NCBI GenBank assembly: GCA_001683985.1
Contig: MAEO01000229.1
Location: 45,573-109,572, forward strand
From: Smithella sp. M82
GTDB lineage: Bacteria > Desulfobacterota > Syntrophia > Syntrophales > Smithellaceae
Direction of reading: 5' to 3'
Length of the DNA stretch: 64,000 nt
Below the pieces are notes generated by a model. The model searched no databases. It saw only the letters and a program-made list of their open reading frames with translations, and was not told the DNA's origin. Positions 47,091 to 56,524 of the stretch are shown piece by piece (within the stretch, counting starts at the first letter, position 1; the number at the start of each line of letters is the position of its first letter). The position numbers were made by a program, and so were the translations under genes.

Positions 47091-47942
47091 ATGCAGGAAA
47101 AAATAAATTCACAGAGGGTTTTCTACGGCTCTATTTTTGGGGTTAGTCTTGGACTTAGCGCAATCTTTTGGGTTGTTGATTCAATCCTGACGGTCATTTC
47201 TACGAATTCGTCTTTTTTCCCCACGCTTGTCGGCATTGAAACCAGAGGCTTTGGGCAGCGTTTGATTGTGCTGTGTTTTCTTTTTATTTTCGCATCCCAT
47301 GTTCAATACAGCGCCAGAAAACGGCGAGAGGCGGAAGATAAACTTCAACAAACACTCGAAAGTCTCAAGAGAGCTGTCGGCACAACTATTCAGGTTTTAG
47401 TATCTGCTTTGGAGTCAAAAGATCCTTATACCGCAGGCCACCAGAGCCGGACAGCCGATCTGGCTCGTGCCATTGCTGCGGAAATGAGATTAGCTCAGGA
47501 CAAAATCGACGGAATTTATATGGCGGGCATCGTTCACGATATAGGGAAAATATCCATCCCCACAGAGATATTAATCAAACCCACAAAACTGACAGACATC
47601 GAATTTTCCCTGATTAAACAACATTCCCGAAGCGGATATGAGATGTTGAAGGATGTGGAATCACCCTGGCTGCTGGCCGAGATTGTCCATCAGCACCATG
47701 AACGCATAAACGGATCCGGTTACCCAAGAAGCCTGAAAGGTGATGAAATTCTCATAGAAGCGCGTATTTTATCCGTGGCAGATGTAGTAGAGGCTATGGC
47801 ATCGCATCGTCCTTATCGTCCGGCGTTGGGTATTGATGCTGCTCTTAGAGAAATCGAAAAAAATAAAGGTATTCTTTACGATGAAGCCGTCGCCGATGCC
47901 TGCCTTAAATTATTTCACGAAAAAGGCTATAAACTTGCCTGA
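47091..47942 (+). CDS. membrane-anchored HD-GYP domain protein (putative c-di-GMP phosphodiesterase)
   Basis: Two N-terminal TM segments, HDIGKISIP and HHERINGSGYP motifs. Confidence 0.85.
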   Translation: MQEKINSQRVFYGSIFGVSLGLSAIFWVVDSILTVISTNSSFFPTLVGIETRGFGQRLIVLCFLFIFASHVQYSARKRREAEDKLQQTLESLKRAVGTTIQVLVSALESKDPYTAGHQSRTADLARAIAAEMRLAQDKIDGIYMAGIVHDIGKISIPTEILIKPTKLTDIEFSLIKQHSRSGYEMLKDVESPWLLAEIVHQHHERINGSGYPRSLKGDEILIEARILSVADVVEAMASHRPYRPALGIDAALREIEKNKGILYDEAVADACLKLFHEKGYKLA

Positions 47943-48012
47943 AATTACAACAAACAACCGCTGTCAAAGGATAAAGTATTAGTAAATTTCACTTTTGGAA
48001 AATCTTTTATTT

Positions 48013-48504
48013 TTATAATAAATTTTGCGTTTTACTAATATACTCATCAATTAGCGACAAGATATTGCCCTGTCGGAAATATATTTTAACCGTTTTCTGA
48101 TTTTTCACCTGCTTTATTGTATCGTATAAATCACCCATCTCATAAACGACGTTTAAATATTGTTGTTTTTCCAGCATACTGCATACCTGAATTTGATGAT
48201 CGTCGATATGTTCTTTGTACTTTGCCAACCGGGGAACGGCAATAACTCTCTTACCCAACTTGAGGGCGTTGACGAGTGCGCCGGTACCGCCATGAGAAAT
48301 TATCAAATCGGCATCAATTTGCTTTTGATGAAAATTATCCGGTGACATATAACGAACATGCCGATAATGTTTAGGCATATAATCGGACTGTCCGATTTGA
48401 GCAAATACTTCCTCATCTAATTTATTTTCCCTAACCAGCTCATCCATCTTTTCCAACAGCCGATCAAACTGATATTCTCGGGAACCTACACATACAAAGA
48501 TCAA
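48013..48504 (-). CDS. Alg13-like glycosyltransferase catalytic subunit (Glyco_tran_28_C; PssE-like)
   Basis: I start it at TTG 48504, 9 nt after GGAGG. This gives MIFVCVGSREYQFDRLL, a typical N-terminus, and overlaps the upstream stop. Confidence 0.7.
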   Translation of the reverse strand: MIFVCVGSREYQFDRLLEKMDELVRENKLDEEVFAQIGQSDYMPKHYRHVRYMSPDNFHQKQIDADLIISHGGTGALVNALKLGKRVIAVPRLAKYKEHIDDHQIQVCSMLEKQQYLNVVYEMGDLYDTIKQVKNQKTVKIYFRQGNILSLIDEYISKTQNLL

Positions 48505-48959
48505 TAGATACTGCCTCCATAGATTGCATTGGGATATACACTTTTCAGATCTTCCCACTGTATGATAAACAAATCAGCTTTTTCATACATTATTTTGCCT
48601 GTCCTTGTTCCGTCTTTTATCCGCGCGAAAGTTTCTATATAAATTAATTTTTTACGGAAAATTTTGGCCAAATATGCCATGGGAAACGCAACCATTGTCC
48701 CCGTTGAAATGACGTAATCGGGTCTGAATTTGGCAAAAATAATAAAAGACTTGAAAAAATTATAAGTCATTTTAAAAGGGAAGAGGATATCCTTTGATCC
48801 GGTTTGCAGCAAATAATAATCAGCTCTATCTTGATAATGTGTTTTTTCCGTAATCCAAATTGCAGTATACTTTTCAGCCAGTGGTTTTAACATTTTGAGT
48901 TGTTCGTAGTGACCACCTGATGAAGAGATAAAACAAATTCTTGTATTTTTATTTTTCAT
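48501..48959 (-). CDS. Alg14-like glycosyltransferase membrane/accessory subunit (PssD-like)
   Basis: 152 aa with ICFISSSGGHYEQL. It is paired with the Alg13-like gene, as in split UDP-sugar transferases. Confidence 0.7.
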   Translation of the reverse strand: MKNKNTRICFISSSGGHYEQLKMLKPLAEKYTAIWITEKTHYQDRADYYLLQTGSKDILFPFKMTYNFFKSFIIFAKFRPDYVISTGTMVAFPMAYLAKIFRKKLIYIETFARIKDGTRTGKIMYEKADLFIIQWEDLKSVYPNAIYGGSIY

Positions 48960-48993
48960 TGTCTCAGATGCTTAATATTATAGGGAAGTATAA

Positions 48994-51900
48994 CTAATGT
49001 CCGAAAAGGACTTCTCCTGTATCCGTTATAAGTTTTTCCGGAAGCTGAAAAATCCGCTTAAATATATTAAGAGTGCCTTTACCAATGGATTTGGCATTTA
49101 TAGGGGTTACATTCGGATTATCCCATTCTCCGTCTATCTTAAAATTCACAGTAATTAATTTGCCTTTTTCATCTGTAATAATCCAACCGGCAATAGGAAT
49201 CTTTGACGCAACAAAATCCAGCGTCTGTAAAGGATGTATGCCAACGATAAGATCAAGCTTCTTTTTCAGATAATCAATTTTACCCGACCCTGAGATTTGA
49301 ATGGAATCACTATCAATAAAGAAATCTTCGGAAGACACAACACCGTCTTTAAGCAGCGCAGTGGAAGTTATCGTATTATAAGCCATCCCTTTTGTTGTCA
49401 TATCCGGAAGTCTTAACTTCGCGAGCTGCAGAACATTAAGCAGAGAGAATGTCTTGGAAAGGCCGGAAAACTTTCTCAGAATACCTTTTTCTGCTTTTAC
49501 CTGAAAATTACCCGCCGCTGTTTTTTTGAGTTCGTCAGTGTTATGACCGCTAGCCGATACATTGCCTGTAAGCGACAATCTGCCCGTAATTGTGCGGTTG
49601 CCGATTTCCAGATAGTTTTGAATCTTTTCCAGAGACATGCGGCCGAGGGAAATATTTGCTTCATAATGATTCTTGCCGCCATCGGATATAGCAACCTTTC
49701 CTTTGGCTTTGAATCTCCCGTCAAAAACAACTGCATCCAGTGTTTCAATATTTATGATTCCCTGTTTAACTTTCAAGCCGGCGTTGAGTTTCCTAAAATC
49801 TATGTCGATGAATTTTCCGTTATCTATCTTTAATGCAGCGCTTAATTCCATAGCAGATGAAGCCTCACCTTCTTTCTTGGGATAAGAAAGAGAAATGAGG
49901 CGCGAAAAATCAGCAGAACTTACATACGGGGAATTCAACACCAGCGAAATCTTAGGCAAAGTAAAATCCGTTATATCACCGGATAAGTTGAATCCGGATT
50001 GACCCAGCTTAAACGATAAATTATCCGCATGAATCAAGTCGTCAGCAACGAAAATTTGTCCTTTCACGTCACGGAGATTTACATCTCCTTCACTGGCTTG
50101 CAATCCCAGATCCTTTGTTTTAAGCAAGCGTGTATAAAAATTACATATTACCTGGGGATTATGAAAATCATCTATTCTGAATTGCCCCTGAAGATCGCTT
50201 TCTCCCATCTTTGCCTTAAGCAGAGATGTTTCCATTGTGTTTTCATTAAAGAAGATATTGCCAGTCAAGCCCCGCAGAGCTTTTATATCTGCGAAAGGTT
50301 TGAGTGAAACATTGGTCAGGGAAGCGTTACCTTTCCATTGAATAGAACCCAGATCATCTAAATCTCCCCGTCCGGCGACTGCCAGCAAACAATTTCCTGT
50401 CGGATTATATTTACGGATAAACGGAAGAACCACTGCAGCTTCGCGAACATCAAACGTTTTGGACTTAATATTGAAAGATGAAGGTATTCCGCCGGCAAAG
50501 CGAAACATCATCGACCCTGTTATGCTTACCGGAGGCAAATCGTAATTGAAAGAAGAAAAATTGACAGCATCTTCATTCAGAATAATTTCAGCCGTAAATT
50601 GATTTTTTTTTGCCTTCGGTTTTTCCATTACATCCGGATAGGCATACGAGGCATCGGTCAAATCCCATTGAGCGTTGATATGATAATCCTCATCAGTTCC
50701 TTTTCCCAAAAGAACAAGCGTTGAAGGTCCTTGGAAACTCAAGGTTTGAAACTTTTCTTTTCCCAAAAGCCACAAGACTTCATCGCGGGCAGGCTGAACT
50801 TTCATTTCTGCCGTATAAATGGTTGGATAAGGTAAAGCGAAATCGGAAATTTTCCCCTCCATTGTCATAGGCGAAAGACCAAAACGCCCTTGCATATTCT
50901 TTAGCGAAAATTCCCTTCTTTTTAATTCCAATATACCGCTGATATCATGAAAAACAGGCGCCGTTTTTGCTGCTTCGAAAATACCTTTATTAACTTCCGC
51001 TTTGATGGAAAGCACATCAATACTTTCCTTTTTACCCATATGCGCTATTTGACTCAACCTTCCGTGAAGATTTCCTTCCGTGAGTCGAAAATTGCCGTCC
51101 TTGATGTGCTCGTCAATAAAATTCCCCACACCTTTGTGAATGATTCCCCACGGGATGTAAGACCTTACTTCTCTCAGCGCAAAAACAGATGTTTCAGCTT
51201 TTGCTTTTAGAAACGGATCTTTCGTATCCAGATCGTCGATTTCCAGATTACCTTGAGCGTCAAATTTATCAATCGCTGCACGTGATACATCCAGATACAG
51301 ACTATCCGTGTTGCGCTTCAACACGTAATTCAGTTGAATCATTCTCGGCTGAAGAACATCCCTAAAAACGCCGGGATAATCAACCAGAGCGTTTTTTACC
51401 TGAATTGTTCCTTTTGATTTGAAATCGGAAAATTTTCCGGAAAATTTAATATCCGCATTTACCAATCCTGCCATTTTTTCGAACGGCGTATATTTTTTCA
51501 AATACAGAAGATAATGTTTTATATTCGCTCCTTTCAAATGAACGGCAGCTCTTACTTTACTTTCGTAAAACTGTTTGTCTGAAGGAGCGGGACGGTAGAA
51601 ACCATCTAACATCAAGTCCGCTTTATTTTTATCTTCAATTACCGAGGTCTTAATATTAAAACGCGACCACTTTGTCCAAAAAGGCCTGTCAATCCGACAG
51701 TGAAAATTTTTCAGAGAAGTTAAAAGACCTTGCTCGTTTGCTGCTTCATCTAAGAAACTCACACTTCCTTTTTCAATGACGATTTTTCGAAATTGGGGAG
51801 AGGTTTTATCTTCTTTTTTCACTAAAAGGTCGGTTATGTTAAGCACACCTGCTTTGTCCCTTATTAACGATACTCGGGGCTCGTTTAAGATTACCTCTCT

Positions 51901-52233
51901 AAAGACGAGGTGATTTATCAGCAGAGGGAAAACTTGCACACGCAAAGAAGCATTTTTAACATTTAAGAAATCCGACGAACCATCCTTTTCCGTAACCGCC
52001 AGATTAGTAAATTGCAGAGAAAGCCCCTCTATTAATGATAAAAAAGCTTTTCCGGTTTCATAGGTAATCTTGCGATTATATTTTTCCTCAACGGTTTTTG
52101 TAATGAATTCTTTGTAATAATCGAGTCTGGTTAGCTTGTATGAAGCATAAAACCAGGCGGATGCTAAAAACGCAGTAAGCGTAATCACTGATAAAATAGT
52201 TACTGTTACAACAGTTCTTTTTTTAATAGCCAA
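48994..52233 (-). CDS. AsmA-family (YhdP/TamB-like) large envelope protein
   Basis: 1079 aa with a single N-terminal TM anchor and a long beta-rich body. The C-terminal region looks AsmA_2-like. Confidence 0.65.
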   Translation of the reverse strand: MAIKKRTVVTVTILSVITLTAFLASAWFYASYKLTRLDYYKEFITKTVEEKYNRKITYETGKAFLSLIEGLSLQFTNLAVTEKDGSSDFLNVKNASLRVQVFPLLINHLVFREVILNEPRVSLIRDKAGVLNITDLLVKKEDKTSPQFRKIVIEKGSVSFLDEAANEQGLLTSLKNFHCRIDRPFWTKWSRFNIKTSVIEDKNKADLMLDGFYRPAPSDKQFYESKVRAAVHLKGANIKHYLLYLKKYTPFEKMAGLVNADIKFSGKFSDFKSKGTIQVKNALVDYPGVFRDVLQPRMIQLNYVLKRNTDSLYLDVSRAAIDKFDAQGNLEIDDLDTKDPFLKAKAETSVFALREVRSYIPWGIIHKGVGNFIDEHIKDGNFRLTEGNLHGRLSQIAHMGKKESIDVLSIKAEVNKGIFEAAKTAPVFHDISGILELKRREFSLKNMQGRFGLSPMTMEGKISDFALPYPTIYTAEMKVQPARDEVLWLLGKEKFQTLSFQGPSTLVLLGKGTDEDYHINAQWDLTDASYAYPDVMEKPKAKKNQFTAEIILNEDAVNFSSFNYDLPPVSITGSMMFRFAGGIPSSFNIKSKTFDVREAAVVLPFIRKYNPTGNCLLAVAGRGDLDDLGSIQWKGNASLTNVSLKPFADIKALRGLTGNIFFNENTMETSLLKAKMGESDLQGQFRIDDFHNPQVICNFYTRLLKTKDLGLQASEGDVNLRDVKGQIFVADDLIHADNLSFKLGQSGFNLSGDITDFTLPKISLVLNSPYVSSADFSRLISLSYPKKEGEASSAMELSAALKIDNGKFIDIDFRKLNAGLKVKQGIINIETLDAVVFDGRFKAKGKVAISDGGKNHYEANISLGRMSLEKIQNYLEIGNRTITGRLSLTGNVSASGHNTDELKKTAAGNFQVKAEKGILRKFSGLSKTFSLLNVLQLAKLRLPDMTTKGMAYNTITSTALLKDGVVSSEDFFIDSDSIQISGSGKIDYLKKKLDLIVGIHPLQTLDFVASKIPIAGWIITDEKGKLITVNFKIDGEWDNPNVTPINAKSIGKGTLNIFKRIFQLPEKLITDTGEVLFGH

Positions 52234-52467
52234 GTGAAAGAACCTTCTTCAGAAAAAGATTAAATTGCTTCTTAAGAATAAAATCGCGCCTTTTTATTTA
52301 AGATTGTTGAATTGAAAAATACGCAATGTTAATTATCTTAAACAAACAAAAGCAACAAATTTAATTGATTCTAGCGCTGACAATACAAGAGTCAAGCGCA
52401 ATAACCGGTTATTACGTTCAAAGTTGACAAAGGATAACAAAGCTCCTCCCCTTTCCGGAGCTAATAT

Positions 52468-52578
52468 TGATGATCTCGTAAAAAGTCCCCAATTGCCATT
52501 TCTCAAAAATTGGCCTCAATGATTTCAAATAGTTATAAGTTCAATTTTTGTGTTTTTTGAGTTTTTACGAGTCCGTCA
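52468..52578. repeat. MITE-like element with about 20-bp imperfect terminal inverted repeats
   Basis: TGATGATCTCGTAAAAAGTC (52468..52487) matches the reverse complement of GAGTTTTTACGAGTCCGTCA (52559..52578) at 16 of 20 positions. The core CTCGTAAAAA matches perfectly. Confidence 0.5.
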
Positions 52579-52631
52579 GTAGTAGTCAATTATAAAGGCA
52601 TCCCGCTAACTAAGCGAAATGCCTTTATAAT

Positions 52632-52707
52632 TGGTGAGCCCTGTCGGAATCGAACCGACAACCTAATGATTAAGAGTCATTTGCTCTGCCAGTTGAGCTA
52701 AGGGCCC
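52632..52707 (-). tRNA. tRNA-Lys (CTT)
   Basis: Reverse complement GGGCCCTTAGCTCAACTGGCAGAGC...stem AATGA, loop CTCTTAA, stem TCATT...GGTTCGATTCCGACAGGGCTCACCA. Confidence 0.92.
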
Positions 52708-52901
52708 TTCATATCTGTTGAAAAAATCCACATGCTGCATTGTTGTTGCCATTCCCCTGCCTTTGCCCGCGCAGGGCATACAACACAAAGCAAGTACGCC
52801 TCATTCTCATGTCTTGAACGCCTTGCCTCTGGTCGTCCCGTATCAAGTACGGGACAAGCTTTTGAACAGCCATGTTGTAAAAGAACATTTGTTTCTTATT
52901 C

Positions 52902-52978
52902 TGGCACGCCCGGTAGGATTCGAACCTACGACCAACAGATTCGAAGTCTGCGACTCTATCCAGCTGAGCTACGGGCGC
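52902..52978 (-). tRNA. tRNA-Arg (TCG)
   Basis: Reverse complement GCGCCCGTAGCTCAGCTGGATAGAG...loop CTTCGAA...GGTTCGAATCCTACCGGGCGTGCCA. Confidence 0.9.
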
Positions 52979-53000
52979 TTGTTATCAATCATTCTATTAA

Positions 53001-53078
53001 TGGGGTGAGTGAAGGGACTTGAACCCTCAGCCTCCGGGGCCACAACCCGGCACTCTGACCAATTGAGCTACACCCACC
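53001..53078 (-). tRNA. tRNA-His (GTG) with encoded G-1
   Basis: Reverse complement G-GTGGGTGTAGCTCAATTGGTCAGAG...stem CCGGG, loop TTGTGGC, stem CCCGG...GGTTCAAGTCCCTTCACTCACCCCA. The extra 5' G pairs with C73. Confidence 0.9.
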
Positions 53079-53088
53079 ACTTACGCCT

Positions 53089-53165
53089 TGGTGCGCCTGG
53101 AGGGATTCGAACTCTCGGCCCACGGATTAGAAGTCCGTTGCTCTATCCAACTGAGCTACAGGCGC
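53089..53165 (-). tRNA. tRNA-Arg (TCT)
   Basis: Reverse complement GCGCCTGTAGCTCAGTTGGATAGAGC...loop CTTCTAA...GGTTCGAATCCCTCCAGGCGCACCA. Confidence 0.9.
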
Positions 53166-53196
53166 ATTTTTTAGCCATGTGCCAAAAAGATTTAGC

Positions 53197-53225
53197 GTCT
53201 TATCGTCTCTGCCTTTTTTTGTCAA
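53197..53225 (-). promoter_or_regulatory. sigma70-type promoter of the Arg-His-Arg-(spacer)-Lys tRNA operon
   Basis: On the minus strand: TTGACA (53225..53220), a 17-nt spacer, then TAAGAC (53202..53197), about 30 nt upstream of tRNA-Arg(TCT). Confidence 0.45.
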
Positions 53226-53289
53226 GACTTAATACTTAAGTTTTTATTTACCGGACGCTATATAAAAATGTCCGGCGGAAAATCATTTG

Positions 53290-55026
53290 CTATTTGACGT
53301 AACCGGCTATACCGTCAAACTTATATATTTTTTTATTAATTTTCCCTCCCTGAAGGTCGGTGGAATAAAAATAATGGCCGGTTTTCGAATTATACCAGCG
53401 ATAAAGTTCTCTGGTATTGGTCAGCTTTGATGTGGCTATATTGCCTATTGTACCTTCATATAGATATCCCCGCAGATCTTTTCCTCCCCCGTCAGAATCA
53501 TAATGATAGAAATGACCTTTTGTGCGCGGATTATACCAACGATGGAAAGAAATCGTTCCGGGTGTGTCCGGTTTAAACAGGCGGAATGCTATTCCTTCTT
53601 TTACATATTTATTTTGTACTAATTTTTTTATTTCCATTTGAGGATCAGCCGTAAACATATAATCGGTTCCATTGAAATACCTGTAAATATCAACAACTTT
53701 TGATACAGTTTGCGGAAGCACTTCCGCAAATACTTCAACCAGCGCTTCTCCACTATTTGTATGAAATACAATATCATCAACGTAATATCCCGGAGCCGTT
53801 TGTCCCGCATTGAAAGAAACGGTGATATAGTTGGTTTGTCTGGTTGTAGCGCCGGAATTAGGCACAATTCTAATACTGCCTTCGGGGAAATAAGCAGTGT
53901 TTCCTCCCAGTATTTTCACGCCTTCAAATACAAGACAGCTATTTTTACTGACTATAGTAAAAACATGCGGGCCATCGGCAAGATCCTCAGCAATCAGCAA
54001 TTCCCCTTTGCTTTTTTCCAGGTCTTCAAGCAAATTAACATTATCAAGCGGACTTTTATCAATAGACATGGCCATATTAACTTCATCTTCCTGATAAGTT
54101 GCCAGATATAAAATTATCCCTGTTCCGCTGAAATTAACCTTGATAAAGTTCTCACCCTCCGCACCGGTCGGATAGCCGTTGCTTTCCTTCCATTGTCCCA
54201 TTAATTTAATTTTTTCTTTTAAATTCGCGGGAACGTTATAGACACCGCTTCCCCGCACCTCTTCATTGACAAATGATATATATTTGCCCTGACGGAAATC
54301 ATCAGGAAAATCTTCTTTTGCATGTTTCCTTATCGCCACCGACCATGTCAACATCTTATTGCCGCTATTGCTTAATATTATTTTCTTGGAAACGGTTTTT
54401 CCCTGTAGGACATTTCCCATATCCAATCGTAAAGGATTCAAATTAATCAAAGGATTTTCCTGAATATATCTTATTGTAAACGTAACAATAATTGTTCTCT
54501 GCCCGTCGGAAGAATTGATCTCCATCGTTGCTTTATGCGTTCCAACCTGAAACTCTTTACGACAGATCAGCTTCTCACTTTCGGATTCAATTTTCATTTC
54601 TACATAAGTGGATGCGCTTTTTTGTTTGTCCTCCGTTTCTCTTGGCAATAACCGAACTCCCACTTGTATGAAACTAAAATCATTTCTTAACGTACCGGAT
54701 AATTTACGATTTTCTAATCTTTTCCAACCGCTGGGACCGTCTGTTGACCAGTCAACAACATCGGAACTAATATTCTTGAGAGTAAATATTCCTTTGCTTG
54801 ATTCATCCGCTGTAATCGTTCCCAAATTAATTTCCTGCGGGATTATTGTAAATATCTGTTGTTTGGTTTGCTTTTCATCTTTATCCAATGTTTTCTGAAT
54901 CTCTTGCTTTGCAACAGGCCGATTCTTTTTCCGGCTTAAATTGTCCTGAGCAACTGCTGCTAATGGATAAAAAATCAGGGCTATAACTATAAAGACAAAA
55001 TAATTCCTTACGTTCAACATAAACAC
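53290..55026 (-). CDS. secreted protein with Ig-like (ASH/PapD-like) repeats and C-terminal DUF5648-like YRWYN..GHFY repeats
   Basis: Signal peptide. Repeated segments of the type FTLKNISSDVVDWS and ILSNSGNKMLTWSV. Three C-terminal repeats: IYRYFNGTDYMFT, FHRWYNPRTKGHFYHYD and LYRWYNSKTGHYFYSTD. Confidence 0.55.
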   Translation of the reverse strand: MFMLNVRNYFVFIVIALIFYPLAAVAQDNLSRKKNRPVAKQEIQKTLDKDEKQTKQQIFTIIPQEINLGTITADESSKGIFTLKNISSDVVDWSTDGPSGWKRLENRKLSGTLRNDFSFIQVGVRLLPRETEDKQKSASTYVEMKIESESEKLICRKEFQVGTHKATMEINSSDGQRTIIVTFTIRYIQENPLINLNPLRLDMGNVLQGKTVSKKIILSNSGNKMLTWSVAIRKHAKEDFPDDFRQGKYISFVNEEVRGSGVYNVPANLKEKIKLMGQWKESNGYPTGAEGENFIKVNFSGTGIILYLATYQEDEVNMAMSIDKSPLDNVNLLEDLEKSKGELLIAEDLADGPHVFTIVSKNSCLVFEGVKILGGNTAYFPEGSIRIVPNSGATTRQTNYITVSFNAGQTAPGYYVDDIVFHTNSGEALVEVFAEVLPQTVSKVVDIYRYFNGTDYMFTADPQMEIKKLVQNKYVKEGIAFRLFKPDTPGTISFHRWYNPRTKGHFYHYDSDGGGKDLRGYLYEGTIGNIATSKLTNTRELYRWYNSKTGHYFYSTDLQGGKINKKIYKFDGIAGYVK

Positions 55027-55179
55027 TCCTGATAAACATCATCATGTTACTAACTCAATGTTTTGAATTTATCAAATATTTTAAAATCTTTTTTAAAAAA
55101 ATCACCAAGTTTAGACTTTAAGATAATATATTTTACAATTTCTCTTTCTGTGAGGAAAGCTGATTATTTTTTAAAATAC

Positions 55180-55208
55180 TTGACATCTGTGGCAAACAAG
55201 ATTATAGC
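55180..55208 (+). promoter_or_regulatory. putative promoter of dprA-topA-trmFO
   Basis: TTGACA (55180), a 17-nt spacer, then TATAGC (55203). Confidence 0.4.
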
Positions 55209-55309
55209 TTTCACCCGGTTTTCGTATACTTAAGCAAGATATGTAATTTCTCTCAAACGAGGCAGAAACAAAATCCGCAAAACTTTCTGATTTTACAGCT
55301 CAGGTAATT

Positions 55310-56434
55310 ATGAATTACAGTATTTTAAAATACTGGATTGCACTGAAATCTGTCACAGGCATTGGTAATATTACTTTTCTGGCATTAATAGATAAGTTTG
55401 GTTCCTTGCCGGCTATTTTTTCAGCATCTATATCAAAGCTGGTTGAAATACCGGGAATTTCCAAAAACATTGCCGCCGCAATTACCGGTTTCAAAAACTG
55501 GAGTAAAGTTGAAGAAGAACTTGAACTTCTTGATAAAAACAAAATTCATATAATTACTTGTCATGACGACCTTTATCCGGCAAAACTTTTAAATATTTAT
55601 GATCGTCCCCCTTTAATATATGTTCGGGGAAATTTAAGTACCGAAGATATAAATATTGCCGTAGTCGGCTCCAGAATGGCCAGCACGTACGGCAAATACA
55701 CAACAGAAAGAATAAGTCGGGAACTCGCCCTTAAAGGATTAACCGTCGTCAGCGGTATGGCCCGTGGTATCGATTCCACAGCACATCGCGGAGCTATAAC
55801 CGCACATGGCAGAACTATAGCCGTTTTGGGAAGCGGCCTGGATATTATCTACCCTCCGGAAAACAAAAAATTATTTGATGATATAATCCAAAACGGAGCG
55901 GTTATTTCTGAATTTCCGTTAGGAACACCGCCACTTCCAGCCAATTTTCCGACACGCAATCGCATAATAAGCGGCATGTCCTACGGCGTTGTAATTGTGG
56001 AGGCCGGAGAAAAAAGCGGATCTCTTATCACTGCAAGACTGGCGCTGGAACAGGGACGTGAAGTTTTTGCGGTGCCCGGAAGTATCGATTCCGCAAGTTC
56101 GCGCGGAACAAACAAATTGATAAAACAAGGCGCGATATTAATTGAAAACGCGGATGATATTCTCGAAGAAATCATTCCGCAAATTGAAATAAAAAAATCG
56201 TTGAATTCGACTCATCCTGCAGGTTCTGAAAAAATCAACAAGGAGAGTCATGAAACATTGACTCAATTTGATCAGAAAATATTTGAATCTATATCCAAAG
56301 GTCGCATTCATATTGACGATATTATTTCCAATACCGGCTTCCCATCCGCCGGTATCTTGAGCGCATTGACAAATATGGAATTACGGGGAATTATTGAGCA
56401 GCATCCGGGAAAGTTTTTCTCTCTTAAGAAATAA
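55310..56434 (+). CDS. dprA: DNA-processing protein DprA
   Basis: 374 aa with N-terminal SAM-like, Rossmann-like (VVGSRMASTYG, SGMARGIDSTAHRGA, AVLGSGLD) and C-terminal winged-helix regions. Confidence 0.9.
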   Translation: MNYSILKYWIALKSVTGIGNITFLALIDKFGSLPAIFSASISKLVEIPGISKNIAAAITGFKNWSKVEEELELLDKNKIHIITCHDDLYPAKLLNIYDRPPLIYVRGNLSTEDINIAVVGSRMASTYGKYTTERISRELALKGLTVVSGMARGIDSTAHRGAITAHGRTIAVLGSGLDIIYPPENKKLFDDIIQNGAVISEFPLGTPPLPANFPTRNRIISGMSYGVVIVEAGEKSGSLITARLALEQGREVFAVPGSIDSASSRGTNKLIKQGAILIENADDILEEIIPQIEIKKSLNSTHPAGSEKINKESHETLTQFDQKIFESISKGRIHIDDIISNTGFPSAGILSALTNMELRGIIEQHPGKFFSLKK

Positions 56435-56524
56435 TTATTCGTGTTGTCATTGAAAAAAATTTATCTTTACAAAATATTTTCTTCCATTTATAGGGGCATT
56501 TATTTATAAATTGAAAGGGTGTTT

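Noticed and set aside
52718-53239. Three ORFs of 76-96 aa on the plus strand, across the tRNA cluster
   Set aside because: They are read through the reverse complements of four tRNA genes and their spacer, so they are not coding. The same applies to ORF 17354..17560 over tRNA-Pro.
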